DNA from: Zygophlyctis sp. KS116
Lineage: Eukaryota > Fungi > Chytridiomycota
DNA length: 24,564 bases
Assembly: GCA_054661495.1 (NCBI GenBank)
Contig: BAAFSQ010000148.1
Coordinates: forward strand, 1-24,564
Direction: 5' to 3'
A model generated the notes under the pieces. The model searched no databases. It saw only the letters and a program-made list of their open reading frames with translations, and had not been told where the DNA came from. This document shows, in pieces, positions 1 through 11,569 of this stretch (positions within the stretch are counted from its first letter, which is position 1; the number at the start of each line of letters is the position of its first letter). The position numbers and the translations under genes were made by a program.

Positions 1-650
1 TGGGTGCAATGACTATGAACACTCAAATAAGTAAAGTTCAAGAGTTGGTAGATGACGCTGTTAAGAAGGGCGCAAGGCTACTTGTAGGTGGCAAACAATA
101 TATTGATGCAGAATACAAACATGGCCAGTTTTACTCCCCAACGCTCTTGGTTGATGTCACACCTGAAATGAGGATTGCACAAGAAGAAGTCTTTGGGCCA
201 GTTATGTGCATAATGAAATTTTCTACTGAAAAAGAAGCCATCCAATTGGCAAACTCTTCGCCATATGCTTTGGGTAGTTCTGTATTTACCCTGGATGTTG
301 CTAGAGGTGAACGCATGGCAAAGTTTATTCGTGCCGGAATGTGTAATGTGAATGATTTTGGAGCAAATTACCTATGTCAAGGTCTTCCTTTTGGAGGTAT
401 TGGAATTTCAGGTATTGATAGATTTGCCGGAGTAGAAGGTCTAAGAGGTAATTGTAATATTCGGTCTGCCACATCTGATCGCTTTTACGGGGTTAGAACA
501 AATTTGCCGCCCTTGCTGAGATATCCTTTGAAAGAAGCATCTACCACTTTTCAGAAAACCCTTATAGGAGTGCTTTATGGTCCTTCTTGGACGGAAAGCT
601 TGAAGAATCTTGCTAGTCTTATTGTTGTAGCAGTTACTGGTAAAACTTAA
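1..650 (+). CDS. Aldehyde dehydrogenase, ALDH22A1/Msc7-like; 3' part only, 5' end outside the window
   Basis: Motifs EEVFGPV, ANSSPYALGSSVFT and NYLCQGLPFGG..SG..RFAGVEGLR. The frame is open from the window edge (ggt gca ATG). Confidence 0.9.
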   Translation, partial: GAMTMNTQISKVQELVDDAVKKGARLLVGGKQYIDAEYKHGQFYSPTLLVDVTPEMRIAQEEVFGPVMCIMKFSTEKEAIQLANSSPYALGSSVFTLDVARGERMAKFIRAGMCNVNDFGANYLCQGLPFGGIGISGIDRFAGVEGLRGNCNIRSATSDRFYGVRTNLPPLLRYPLKEASTTFQKTLIGVLYGPSWTESLKNLASLIVVAVTGKT

Positions 651-695
651 ATATTTGTGATTTGAATGCGTATACTTTGACTGACCCGTTTTTGC

Positions 696-3600
696 CTAGA
701 TTCCTGGACTGACTCGCTTAATTTGATTAGATGTGATGTTTTGAAGTCCGTCATGTCCTATTATTCCATTTGAGATCCAAATAGGATAACCAAAAGGTGG
801 AGATGCCAACTGGATTATGATGTTCCTCAACAGAGTTTCATGAGCTTGAATACTATACCGTTCGTCGTCGTCATTAGTTACATACAGCATTTCAAGTACC
901 AAATTAGCCCAAAATCCCATTATTGCTTCGCTATTTATTCTTGCTATATTCACCGGACAAGACTGCATCGTTAATAATCGTACAGAGATCACTCCATCTT
1001 TTTTTCTAGAGAGCGAAAATAGGTTAGGAATTCCTGTGTCCAACGCTCTTTTACAAGTTTCCGTTCCCGACCACAAATCATTCTGGCCAACTTGAGTCGG
1101 ATCAATAGTGATCAGCCAGTTTTTTGAATAATTTTCCAAGATATCAAAAAGTTCTCCTAAAGACTGAGGTTCCCCCTCAATAGCCTGATCTACAGTGAGC
1201 TTTACAGCTCCCCGAAAACTTTTCAGACATATTTCCCTTAATTTTAATCTGCCAGGATTCATGAACCAGTTGCGAACATCTATTTGGGTACTGTGTGGCA
1301 ATTCACCGCGATAAATATCAAAGATTGAATTTAAAGTCATAGTTATGTTGGAATCATTTGGAGACACTTATCATTAATAATTCCCAATCACCTAGACCTA
1401 GCATAATTACGAAGCATGCTGTAGATATCATCATTAAATCCTGTTCTGCGCTTTTATGGTTTGTAAATGTATTTTTCAAATGCATCTGAACATATTCAAA
1501 CCATTTAATGGGAAATTTTTTCCAAAAATTCGCTAATACCGTTGAATGAATAGGAGGATTCTTATATCTTTGAATTAGATTTTTGGAAATTACGTATCAA
1601 GGGAGTGAGAATCAAGCCCAGCCGATAAATTGTATACAAGAATCTTGAAAAATATTATAGGAATCAGCGATAAATTTTCTTTCGAGTCCAAAATTCCAGT
1701 GGTCACAATTTTACTCTCCGAATATGCATCTGCGAAGACTACATCCATGGGCTAACAATTTAAGTAGAAATTAAATACCAGGACAGAATGAAACAAATAA
1801 TGATTTGTATAAAATCTGCTCAATACATTGCTCAAGGTATGATCCAGAACTGAATCCAATTCCGTTCCTTCCAAAGAATGGCAGCTGGTTGGTTCTAGTT
1901 CCGCTCCAACTACTGTAACCTTTGCATCTTCAAAAGACCTTTCTAAGCATCTAATTATTAATATTCTTGATTCGAAACGAGCAAGAAAGACAGTTCCTTG
2001 CTCCATGGGGAATATTCTTCCCTGCGCAATCGAATTGGAGATTGATCGCAAAAGGGACGGACATAAAGAAGCGTATATTTTCGCCTCTTCTCCAACGCTG
2101 CATGTCTTTTCTATCAAAATGAATTCACCAAGACTTACCAATATTCGGCCACATTCTTTTTGGTCGTAAAAATCCCATCCAAAAAATAGGAAGTCCTAAC
2201 AAAGGCATAATAGGAGCATCCAACAGTGCAGATAAAGCTATTGATATAGGGGATATAATTATTGCGAGTATGAGATATACAAACCACCACTGTAAAACGT
2301 GCTTTTTACTTGTCAGGAAATGGAAAAGCGAAAGACCCCAAAACCAGGTTTTAGCCATAAACCGTAAAGTTACTTGTCTAAAGAAAGCTACCGCAAAAAG
2401 AACTGGAGGATTAATTGTCTGGTAATCGAAAGATGAGTTTGAAAAATGGACGATAATGCAAATGATGTAAATATCAAGAGCAGCTTTTCGAATATTTTGC
2501 CATGTATAACGCAAAGCACGCATGTAAAAAAACCCAGAAAATATGTTGTAGAATAATCTAGTGGCAAACGGTTCTGAGTTATTGGAAATAATACGGGAAT
2601 ATGAAGTCGTAATCCATACTGAAATGAATATAGGAGCTAAATATGTACTTGCCAAATGTATATAGCCCAGTACATTAGTAAAATTAATAATTAAGGCAGA
2701 TCTAGAGTTTCTGATTTTTGGTTTTAAAGGATTGTGAAGTATAGGAAATATTGAGGGAACTAGTTCCTGCTGAATTTCACTTGATAAAAATATAATAGTG
2801 ATTAGAAACAAACATATAGATGCAATTGCAGGTCTTAAAAAGGTCCCGAATGCGATTAATAGCCCGCTTATTAGTATTCTACCCATTATAGAGATTAAAG
2901 ATGTTTTTGCGATCATTAGTCTTTGGCCTAATAAAAGGTCCAAAACCATGTTGCTTGATAATAGTACTGAAATTACTCCTAGAAACAGTATTGCCTGAGA
3001 GTCTTGTAAGAATTCCTGTATTATTCCAAAAATCAAAAGTGATATTATTCCCAAAGTAAAATCAATGATCGCCCTTATTATTTTCTGATGAGGGCCAGTC
3101 CCCAAACAAATATTACAAAACTATGATTATTTCTCGCCTTGCATACCATTTCAAAAGCATATTCTAAAAATATATCAAATCTTGGTAGAAATCCTGATAA
3201 ACTTATCAAGGGAAAAAAAGCGAAAACCAAATACAGATGATAATTAGGAGTAGCTAAATCATTAAATACAGACTATTAATTTAAAAAATATTTTAACAAA
3301 CCTGCAAGGCTAAACAACATAATATAATTGTGAGATATAATACTCTTGTGACACTGTCCCATTCATTCTGTTCCGGATAAAAAGTATTTGGTTCTGATAC
3401 ATAGCCTCTTTCAAAGTTAATTAATTTTAAGAATACCGTACTAGAATTAATTGAGCCACGCCAACTGAAATCCAACTCAAAGAATATAACACAATCTGTA
3501 GGCTCTGATTCAAAAAAACTGACTTGAATGATGCATAAGACAAGTAAGCCATACATAAAGTCTGAAATCCACCACAAAGAATTGCAACCAAAGCTACAAT

Positions 3601-3903
3601 TATAAAATCAGCAGCCTTTGGCTTGATATACTGGAGTTTGAAGATGGCGCAAAGAATGAAAAATAAGGCTACCGTCAGTTACAAAATTAAATTACCTGCG
3701 ATCCAATACATATGAACATTTTTTAAATCGATTGAAGAAGAAAGCAATTCCAACAGACCGCCAGATATCCATGGTATGCAGAAAATAATAAATTGGAATA
3801 TATTATCGCTAGTCTTACAAGAGTTTCTCCAACCAGTGACTGTACTTATAATTCTTTTAGAAAGGAATGTTATCTTGTCATGATTTAGTAATGGAGCCGT
3901 CAT
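696..3903 (-). CDS. PCNX4: Pecanex-like protein 4 homologue (multi-pass membrane protein with Pecanex C-terminal domain); 9 exons, ~996 aa
   Basis: N-terminus MTAPLLNHDKITFLSKR and C-terminus WANLVLEMLYVTNDDDERYSIQAHETLLRN..QLASPPFGYPI resemble animal PCNX4 as I recall it. GT-AG introns at 3695-3669, 3436-3408, 3301-3273, 3146-3121, 2138-2111, 1778-1752, 1593-1568 and 1391-1367 join the pieces in frame (2991 nt). Confidence 0.88.
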
Positions 3904-4064
3904 GAAGGCGCGTATCGGTTTTGTAGCATGCGTTTGTACTGAAACCAGAAATTTATCAAATGGTTTATTGACGTTGATTTTTACAGGGAATCTTACCTGC
4001 TTTAGAATTTTACAATCTATAATGGGGCTGTGACATTTTGTTGCATCGACGCAAGATCTCAAAG

Positions 4065-4094
4065 TTGTCCGAACGCCCCAACATTTTCGGACAA
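4065..4094. promoter_or_regulatory. 9-bp inverted repeat TTGTCCGAA-N12-TTCGGACAA in a divergent promoter
   Basis: Perfect arms at 4065-4073 and 4086-4094, ending 9 bp before ATG 4104. Shares its TCGGACA core with the 11680-11745 array. The regulatory role is inferred. Confidence 0.45.
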
Positions 4095-4103
4095 AACTAT
4101 TTG

Positions 4104-5209
4104 ATGTTGCGATCAGAATTGGATTGGATATTAGTAAGGCGTAACTACTTAATACTTTTAGGCTCTTTTCGAAGGATTTGAAATCCCTATGGGCCGCTTA
4201 CGGGATGCTTTGGATTCTAAACTTCCACAAATGATTTCAGAGTGGCTGCAAAATCCTAAACTAATGAATGAGTACATAATGTATGAGAAAAATAATAGCC
4301 ACCTTCATTTTAATACTTTGGAGCTCAAAGAATCTTTACGAATTGCTTTAAAAGGTGAAAATATGTGTTTTATTTTAGAAGTATCCAAAGTTCAATTAAA
4401 CCAACAAGATAAGGAAAATTTGCTTCAAAATTCGGACATGGGTCAATCTTCAATCGATATCTGTGAAATTAGAGGTATATTTCAAGACCATGCAGTGAAA
4501 GAAATATCCCTTTTTGAAAATCTAATGATTTTCTTTCGTCAAATCAATACGATTTTTCTTGTAGATGGACAACTTGATGGATTAAATGAAACCTTTCTAA
4601 ATTCTTATTCATCAATGTTGGATTGTGTTCTGTTTGAAGTATTCCAAGGTAATCAGATCGATAACAACCTACTGGTTGATTCTACGAATTTGGTAGTGAT
4701 CTTTAAATACTTGAAGATTATATTTCAAAGGCTGACACGTATATTTCCATAAGCCATTAATGATAGATGCTGATAACTTTTCAAATCTTGATCAGCACCA
4801 CTATGCGATCCTTAAATCTATAAAGTTTTCAACAGAATTGCATGGATTATTGGGTCGAGTTATTTCTAATCAAGGATTAGTTGATAAAGGATTGCATATG
4901 GCAATAACCAATTTGATTTATCTTCCTACTCTGTTGAATACTTTTATACGAGATGAATTGAAGAAATTTCTAATTTCAGACTGTCAAATGAAAATGAAGC
5001 GCCTGGAATGTGAATTTAATCCTGATCTTTTACAAATCATTTATCTTGATCTTGTTATACTAGGCAAACTTGTAGAACCTGGAATTCACGATCAAGATCT
5101 GTTTCAGCTATTCATTGATTTGGCAGAAATAAACATTGCTGAAATTCATTTATTTCTGATTAGATTATGTATCGAAAAAGGATGGGAATATGAATTTACT
5201 CAAGAGTGA
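4104..5209 (+). CDS. Hypothetical helical, Leu/Ile-rich protein; 3 exons, ~349 aa
   Basis: ATG at 4104. Two 28-nt GT-AG introns (4134-4161, 4739-4766) join the upstream exon and ORFs 4189-4752 and 4760-5209 in frame. No motif recognised. Confidence 0.7.
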
Positions 5210-5463
5210 AAAATAAGAGATTTGTAGTTTAAGATCTAAAATAATTGACTTTTAACCATTCATTATGTAATTTATGATGATTGCCATAATGATTATAGAT
5301 TGCATTATTTGTACTGATTTGACTCGCCAAAAGTTGATTTTATGCTTTAATTCACTCTGAATTACTACGAGGATAATCAGATATGATAATCAGGGGATGA
5401 TCGATTACTATTAATTAAACTCGACGGCCATGTAATTTCCAATTCTATTCCGCTTATACTTAA

Positions 5464-7151
5464 ATGAAACTTGCGAATTCTATCGTTCTGTTTGTAAGCG
5501 GATGCTTGTCACTGAATCAACTTGTTTGGCCTGATCCATTGAAATTCCAATCCGGTAAAAATACACTTTCAGTACCGGAATCATTTAAAATATTGTACAA
5601 TGGTCCAAATCTTGTATTGATGGAAGATGCATTCAAAAGAACTTATAAAAAGATGTTTGCATTTGGATGTCATCCAGGATCAGACAAAGGATTGCAAGTC
5701 TTGATAGTAAATGTACAAAAGGATTTTGATATAAGAAGATTACAGCAATCGCAAACTGATGAATACTATTCTCTAAATATTAAAGACGGAGAGATATTTG
5801 GTATTTTAAATGCAAAAAGTATTTTAGGAGCTCTAAGGGGATTAGAGACATTTTCTCAATTGATTAAAGTATCAAAGCAAGTGCCTAAATGGGCCAAATC
5901 AAACTGCAAAGTCTCCCAATACTTTATAAACACTCCAATAACCATACATGATAAGCCAGCTTTCATGCATAGAGGGCTATTATTGGATACTTCTAGGCAT
6001 TTTATGCCAACAGGAATTATCAAACGTGTTCTTGATGGTATGGAGGCATCAAAGCTAAATGTATTTCATTGGCATATTATTGATTCTCAAAGTTTTCCTA
6101 TTAAAAGTCAAGTATTACCTGATTTAAGTAGGGAAGGAGCCTATTCAGAATTTGAAGTTTATAGTATTCAAGACATTAAAGAAATAGTAGAGTATGCAGA
6201 GTACAGGGGTATAAGAGTTATTCCAGGTAGGTCTTTGATTGGCTCAAATATAATAGAATTTGATATTCCTGGACATGCATATTCTTGGAGGGCGTCTGGA
6301 TTGGTGGTTTGTCCAGATGCTAAGCCATGGGACAAATATTGTGCAGAGCCGCCCTGTGGACAATTGGATATTTCTAAAAATGAAACCATAATCATGCTAC
6401 AAAAATTTATAATGGAAATGTCGAATGTTTTTCCTTCAGAAAATATCCATCTGGGTCATGATGAAGTGAACAAGAATTGTTATCTTGACGATCCAAATAT
6501 TAGAGCATTACTAAAAACTGGGATTACTCTTGATATTCTTTTACAAACCTTTCATGATAAAATACAAGATATATCAAGGAATATGAGGAAAATACCTGTA
6601 TTTTGGGAAGAAATAGTTTTAGAATTTTCAACAAAGGTCCCAAAGGACACCATTATACAAAGTTGGAGAGGGGTAGAGTCAACCGTCTCTATTCTGGAAA
6701 AAGGATTCAGAGTTATTGTATCAGATTCAAAAGCGTGGTATTTGGATTGTAGGATTTTATAAATTAATTTAAGGTGGACGTGGAAGCTGGATAACAGGAA
6801 ATAATTCATGGTGTGATCCATTTCATACATGGGCTAATATGCAATTTTATTTGCTGATTATATAGGTATATGTATGATCCTGTTGCCAATTTATCAGAGA
6901 AGCAAAGGCTGAATGTGTTGGGCGGAGAAGCAGCAGCATGGTCCGAGCTGATCAATCCTTCAAGTATAATATCTGTCATTTTCCCACGGGCTTCAGCAGT
7001 TGCAGAAGCGTTATGGTCTGCTCCAAATCAAAGAGATTGGAAAAAGGCAGCCAATCGAATGGACCGGTTCGTGAAAACATTAAATCATCGTGGAATAGAC
7101 AGCTCCCCAATTTGGCCGACGTACTGCTCAACAAAAAATTGTTTGGAATAA
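5464..7151 (+). CDS. Secreted beta-N-acetylhexosaminidase (GH20); 4 exons, ~535 aa
   Basis: Signal-peptide-like N-terminus; HRGLLLDTSRHF, KLNVFHWHIIDSQSFP, catalytic HLGHDEV, LGGEAAAWSE, FPRASAVAEALWS. Introns at 6227-6256 (removal restores VIPEFDIPGH), 6749-6773 and 6841-6865 (GC-AG). Confidence 0.95.
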
Positions 7152-7180
7152 CTGTATTATAATTTTCCAAATATTTCAAT

Positions 7181-9071
7181 CTAAGGCTCACATCGCCCCA
7201 TAAATCTGGGATAGAGGCAGACTTCCCTGACTGAGTATCGGTTGAGCAACCAGGCTAAGAATCGTTCAACCCCCAGGCCAAATCCACCGTGTTCACAGGT
7301 TCCATATTTTCGTTGGTCTGTAAACCAATAATATGGGGAAGGATCAATTTTTTCTCGTTCATATCCAGCCATTAACTCCTCCTAAGCTATTAACTGAATT
7401 ATGTCTTACCAGATCCGATATTCTCATACTTCCGCCAACAATTTCCCCAACTCCCGGCATGAGAACATCAACACTTTCGGTTAAACGAGGATCTTCAGGA
7501 CATTTCTTCATGTAAAAACTCTTAATTTCCTTTGGGAAACGACAAAGTAGTATTGGCTCTCCAATAGTATCAGTCATTCTCCTTTCAGGCGATTCTGGAA
7601 TATCTTCACCGAATTCATAGTCAGCCTCCCCTATTTTCGCTCCATTTTCATCAAGAACATCCTTCTTGATTCCATGCTCATTTAGCCACTTTATCGCATC
7701 CGAATAATTCATCCTTTTAAATGGTTTTTTTGGCCGCTTGAAGTCTGGATTAAGTTCTTTTACTATTTGAGCACCAACTGGATCATCCAAAACCTGATCT
7801 AGAACTCCAACAATCTAAATTTTAATTTTTTTAAAATCAACCATGTCTTCAATGAACGAGAGTAAATCTTCAAACTCAATAAATCCCATTTCAGCTTCAC
7901 AATGAGTATATTCAGAAAGATGTCGGCGGGTATGTGATCTTTCAGCTCTAAAAGACTCTGAAAGCGCCCAAACATCACCAATAGAGGCAAGGCAGGTTTC
8001 TAAATATAATTGTGAAGACTGAGTCAGATATGCAGGCTCGCCATAATAATCAAAAGAGAAAAGAGTACTACCCCCTTCACATTGAGTCTGTACCATGAGC
8101 GGGGGAGTAACTTCAGTCAACTTTCTTGAATCAAAAAAGTTTCTAAAAGCCTTTAAAATCAATGCACGCATTCTAAGAACATTAGAGGCAATTTCTCCTC
8201 TAATCACCAAATGCCGCTGATCCAATAGAATATCATTCCCAGCCAGCTTTCGATTATTAGAATTATTATTACAGGATTCAACTTATTATTCATTGCCTCA
8301 TCTCCTGAAGGTGCTTTACCGACTATATACCAAAAATCAGCCTGTAGTTCATGTCCGCCAGGAGCCTAAAAAATTATATTCAAGTTAAAATTACTGTTTT
8401 CTCTGGAGGAACAATGTCTAGTCTACCACATATTGTAACAGTTGATTCTAAAGATAGAGTAATTGCATCATATGTATGACACTACTAAATAAAAAAGTAC
8501 TAATTACCAGTTTTCCTGTTAGTACACATTGCATATAACCTGAACCATCTCTTAAAACGATAAAAGCGATATCCTTTCCTTGTACACGATGTCTATGTAC
8601 CCATCCAGAAACTTGAATTCTTTTTCCTCTAAAACGTTCTGCATCTCTAATTTTAATCTATAATGAGTAAACTTGGTAAACCTTTTCAGCGACTGGTAAA
8701 CTTTGATCTTGCGTCAATATAATCTTTTTCGCCTCTTCTAGCTTGATGATCTCAGCAGCCTTTGCAGCTTCCCGTTCTTTAGCTTCAGAAACCATCCTCT
8801 CCGCCTCTTTTTGTACCTTTTTAACACCTTGTTCATACAACTTTAATCCTTTTTTAACAGCAGCTTTTGCGATTAGTACAAATCCCTGTTCCATATCTTT
8901 TCTAACTAGTATTTTAGCCACCGCATCAGCATCCCCTTCAAGGATCTGCACAGCCTTCAATACACTTTTAAATGGCATTTTCTCTGTTCCGAATCCTTCG
9001 ACATCATGGCCTTGAATTTCACAAACATGAACTCCACTGATCTTGAGTTTAGACAAGTCCATTTTTAGCAT
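7181..9071 (-). CDS. DED81: Cytosolic asparaginyl-tRNA synthetase; 7 exons, ~576 aa
   Basis: Eukaryotic N-terminal extension, OB fold ([16 protein letters not shown]), [37 protein letters not shown]. Introns at 8681-8658, 8507-8482, 8394-8366, 8272-8247, 7841-7815 and 7409-7382. The start could instead be the second ATG at 9062. Confidence 0.96.
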
Positions 9072-9265
9072 TTTGAATCTTTTGCGTTTGATCTAGGTTT
9101 ACGCACTGTCTTAACTGTAAATGCTCACAGACATGCATGCCTTTTTTAAAACTCTAATCAGAAAATCCAAGGCATTGTTTTAAAATTATTTTCAATCAAT
9201 TCAATTCAATCATAAATTCATTAGTTCACTTATCATCGGGTATTTATTAATCCGCCTGGATCCTA

Positions 9266-11569
9266 TTAAATTTCACTACGACTAGCTACTATACATTCAA
9301 CAATAGTAGAGAGATGATTATCAGTATCAAAGAAGCTTGCTCGATTTTCAGGAGTTGTCAAATCTAAAATAATCACTTCATGGATATTTTTGAACTTGTC
9401 ATTCTTCTTATATACCTGAAACAATTTGCCATTGAATTTTGAGACAATATCGTTACTGTAATTCGTACCACAGATGAAAAGAAAGTTTTTTCTTTGGCGT
9501 TGAGTTTTATAAAACATTCTGTTAAATAAATCACATTTTCCAAGGATGTCTCGCTCAGTAAGTTCCATTTTGCCACAATTACTTATAGAAAGATTAACCA
9601 TGACTTCGTAAGAAATTTCATCGATTACAGTTTCAGAAAGTAAGAAAGCGTTTGAAGTAATACAGTTAACTCGAGGCTTCAGACATGTATTTTTTCCAAT
9701 ACAATCCACATTTCCACTCCAAACACTCCAATCATTGGGCGATTTGGTTTCCTCATCCACAATGTCAAATCCCAAGTCTTTGAAATAACGGTCTGCCATT
9801 GGCCGAGTTTTACTAGAAAATGATAATCCGTTCAGATTTCCAAATATAGCAGTTTCAAAGAAACTAGGAATAATTTGCTTTGGATTTTGAGGGGTGGAAA
9901 ATATTTCCTGAAATCGCTTTAAACACATCCATTCAAACACGCTTTGGTAATCGATAGATTCACGAGGAGTATCGCCGAAATACCTGAGATATTCCTTGAG
10001 TGGAAAAACATAGTTCTCTAAAACAGTCTTTACGTATGGATGTGTGTATAATCGAGCATTGCTGACAGTTCCATCCCAGTCAATATAAGCAAGGTGTGCA
10101 ATAATATCAAACGTTATTTTTTGCCCGTCAGCATCTTCATATAATTCAGTAAGGTCAACAGAAGATCCGTCATCGAGTGATAATACGATGCCTGGCAAAA
10201 CGGACTTGAATCTTTCTATCGCAGCAAAAAACCCCTTCCACGAAGGGATTTGAATCTCACCTTTGTCATTTACCAGTTCGGAAAATGAATTACAATTTTG
10301 TAAAGGCCGCAATAATGCACGAGGCAGACCATTCGTAGTTATGAAAAGTCTTTTAGCAGCTATTGATAATTGTTCTTCATTCATCCCAAAATGTTCTTGC
10401 ACGCTTTTTTCGCTTGTATCAACCATTCGAGTTCTTTTCAGTATGGTTTTTATAGAATCTTCTCTCATAACAGTTAAACTTAGACGATGAATCTGAAAGT
10501 TATCCACCCGATCTCCTAGCCTCTCAGCCGAATGATGAACATAACTAAGAAAAGATCCACGGCCAGCTAATAAAAAGAAAACCTTGGGAATGGTTTGCCA
10601 TTTCTGAAGAATTGTAGAACAGAAGTGCATAAATTTTTCTTTTGTTTTGAAATTATCATTAGCCAAAGAATCTCTTCCATATGTATCAAATGCTGCTCCA
10701 ATTCCATCCAACACAATAAAAACAGGCCCCGCTTCTTTCACCAGACGCTCTAAGAAAGATACAGTGTCCTTAGGAGGGTCTGATAGTACTACTGGAGGGA
10801 CCACAAACTTATCATTTAAGGCTAGTTGGAAATGTTTGAGCAAAACCACATCAAAATCATCGGAGATTAAAGCTTTGGTACCAAAAACGATATGAATCGT
10901 GTGGCAAGCACAAAGAGTTTTTTGAAAATCATCTAAAGAACCATTCTCAATACTGTCCTTCCATTGTTCTCTAGTCTTATCTATATAAAGGCCGGCAAAT
11001 GCAGATTTGCCTATGCCCGATACATTGTCTACGAGAGGGATCTCCCAGTTTTCCCCACAACCAAGATTTGCTTTTTTGTATTTAGACCTATGGATCTCAT
11101 TAAGCTGCTGAATTGCTATTTCTCGATTGACAAAGAAGAGATCGCAATTATAAATCGAGTAAACAAATTTCGGGTTTGTTTTCCATACCGCCTTGACTGT
11201 ACTTCCCACAGCAACAATCAGAGCATCATCTTCACTTTCTCCAAGACGATCCAGTTGACCAGAGGACTTTAACGGCCCTTCCTGTGATAAGATCATGGCT
11301 TGATTTACCTGTCCTACATCAGCATCTCTCTTATCAAACGAATTCTTGTTCTTGTAGACTCTCAGCTGAGAAGCATCCACAGAGGAGAGTTTGTTGGGAT
11401 ACTCGGCCTTGACAGCATGTTTAAACTCATTAACATTGGCTAATGAAGAGCGCAGAACAGAAGAAACACTAGTTCCCTTGAACGGCTGATCAGTATAAGA
11501 GTCATAGAGATGAAACCAGATTAGATTACGATCAGTAGATATGTTTCTAGACAACTTTCTTTTTGTCAT
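9266..11569 (-). CDS. Crinkler (CRN)-like protein 'CRN-A': ubiquitin-like header + P-loop NTPase + putative restriction-endonuclease-like domain; ~758 aa after splicing
   Basis: Header LIWFHLYD..QPFKGTS..FKHAVKAEYPNKLSSVDASQLRVYKNK..DALIVAV; Walker A-like DNVSGIGKS; Walker B-like VFIVLDG. Probable in-frame intron at 11308-11282. Start uncertain (ATG 11569 or 11605). No signal peptide evident. Confidence 0.8.
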   Translation of the reverse strand: MTKRKLSRNISTDRNLIWFHLYDSYTDQPFKGTSVSSVLRSSLANVNEFKHAVKAEYPNKLSSVDASQLRVYKNKNSFDKRDADVGQVNQAMILSQEGPLKSSGQLDRLGESEDDALIVAVGSTVKAVWKTNPKFVYSIYNCDLFFVNREIAIQQLNEIHRSKYKKANLGCGENWEIPLVDNVSGIGKSAFAGLYIDKTREQWKDSIENGSLDDFQKTLCACHTIHIVFGTKALISDDFDVVLLKHFQLALNDKFVVPPVVLSDPPKDTVSFLERLVKEAGPVFIVLDGIGAAFDTYGRDSLANDNFKTKEKFMHFCSTILQKWQTIPKVFFLLAGRGSFLSYVHHSAERLGDRVDNFQIHRLSLTVMREDSIKTILKRTRMVDTSEKSVQEHFGMNEEQLSIAAKRLFITTNGLPRALLRPLQNCNSFSELVNDKGEIQIPSWKGFFAAIERFKSVLPGIVLSLDDGSSVDLTELYEDADGQKITFDIIAHLAYIDWDGTVSNARLYTHPYVKTVLENYVFPLKEYLRYFGDTPRESIDYQSVFEWMCLKRFQEIFSTPQNPKQIIPSFFETAIFGNLNGLSFSSKTRPMADRYFKDLGFDIVDEETKSPNDWSVWSGNVDCIGKNTCLKPRVNCITSNAFLLSETVIDEISYEVMVNLSISNCGKMELTERDILGKCDLFNRMFYKTQRQRKNFLFICGTNYSNDIVSKFNGKLFQVYKKNDKFKNIHEVIILDLTTPENRASFFDTDNHLSTIVECIVASRSEI
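11197..11553 (-). repeat. Copy 1 of the ~355-bp CRN header repeat, inverted relative to 19553-19906
   Basis: Base-by-base alignment: the 215-nt core 11273-11487 vs 19616-19830 has only 4 mismatches. Confidence 0.97.

Noticed and set aside
3904-4062. N-terminal extension of the PCNX4 ORF; likewise 19516-19551 for CRN-B and 24321-24374 for the ML gene
   Set aside because: Homology, the repeat boundary or the signal peptide begins at the downstream ATG; the first two extensions also rely on TTG starts.
9191-9222. TCAAT-like repeats between AsnRS and CRN-A
   Set aside because: Short, degenerate AT-rich low-complexity sequence.
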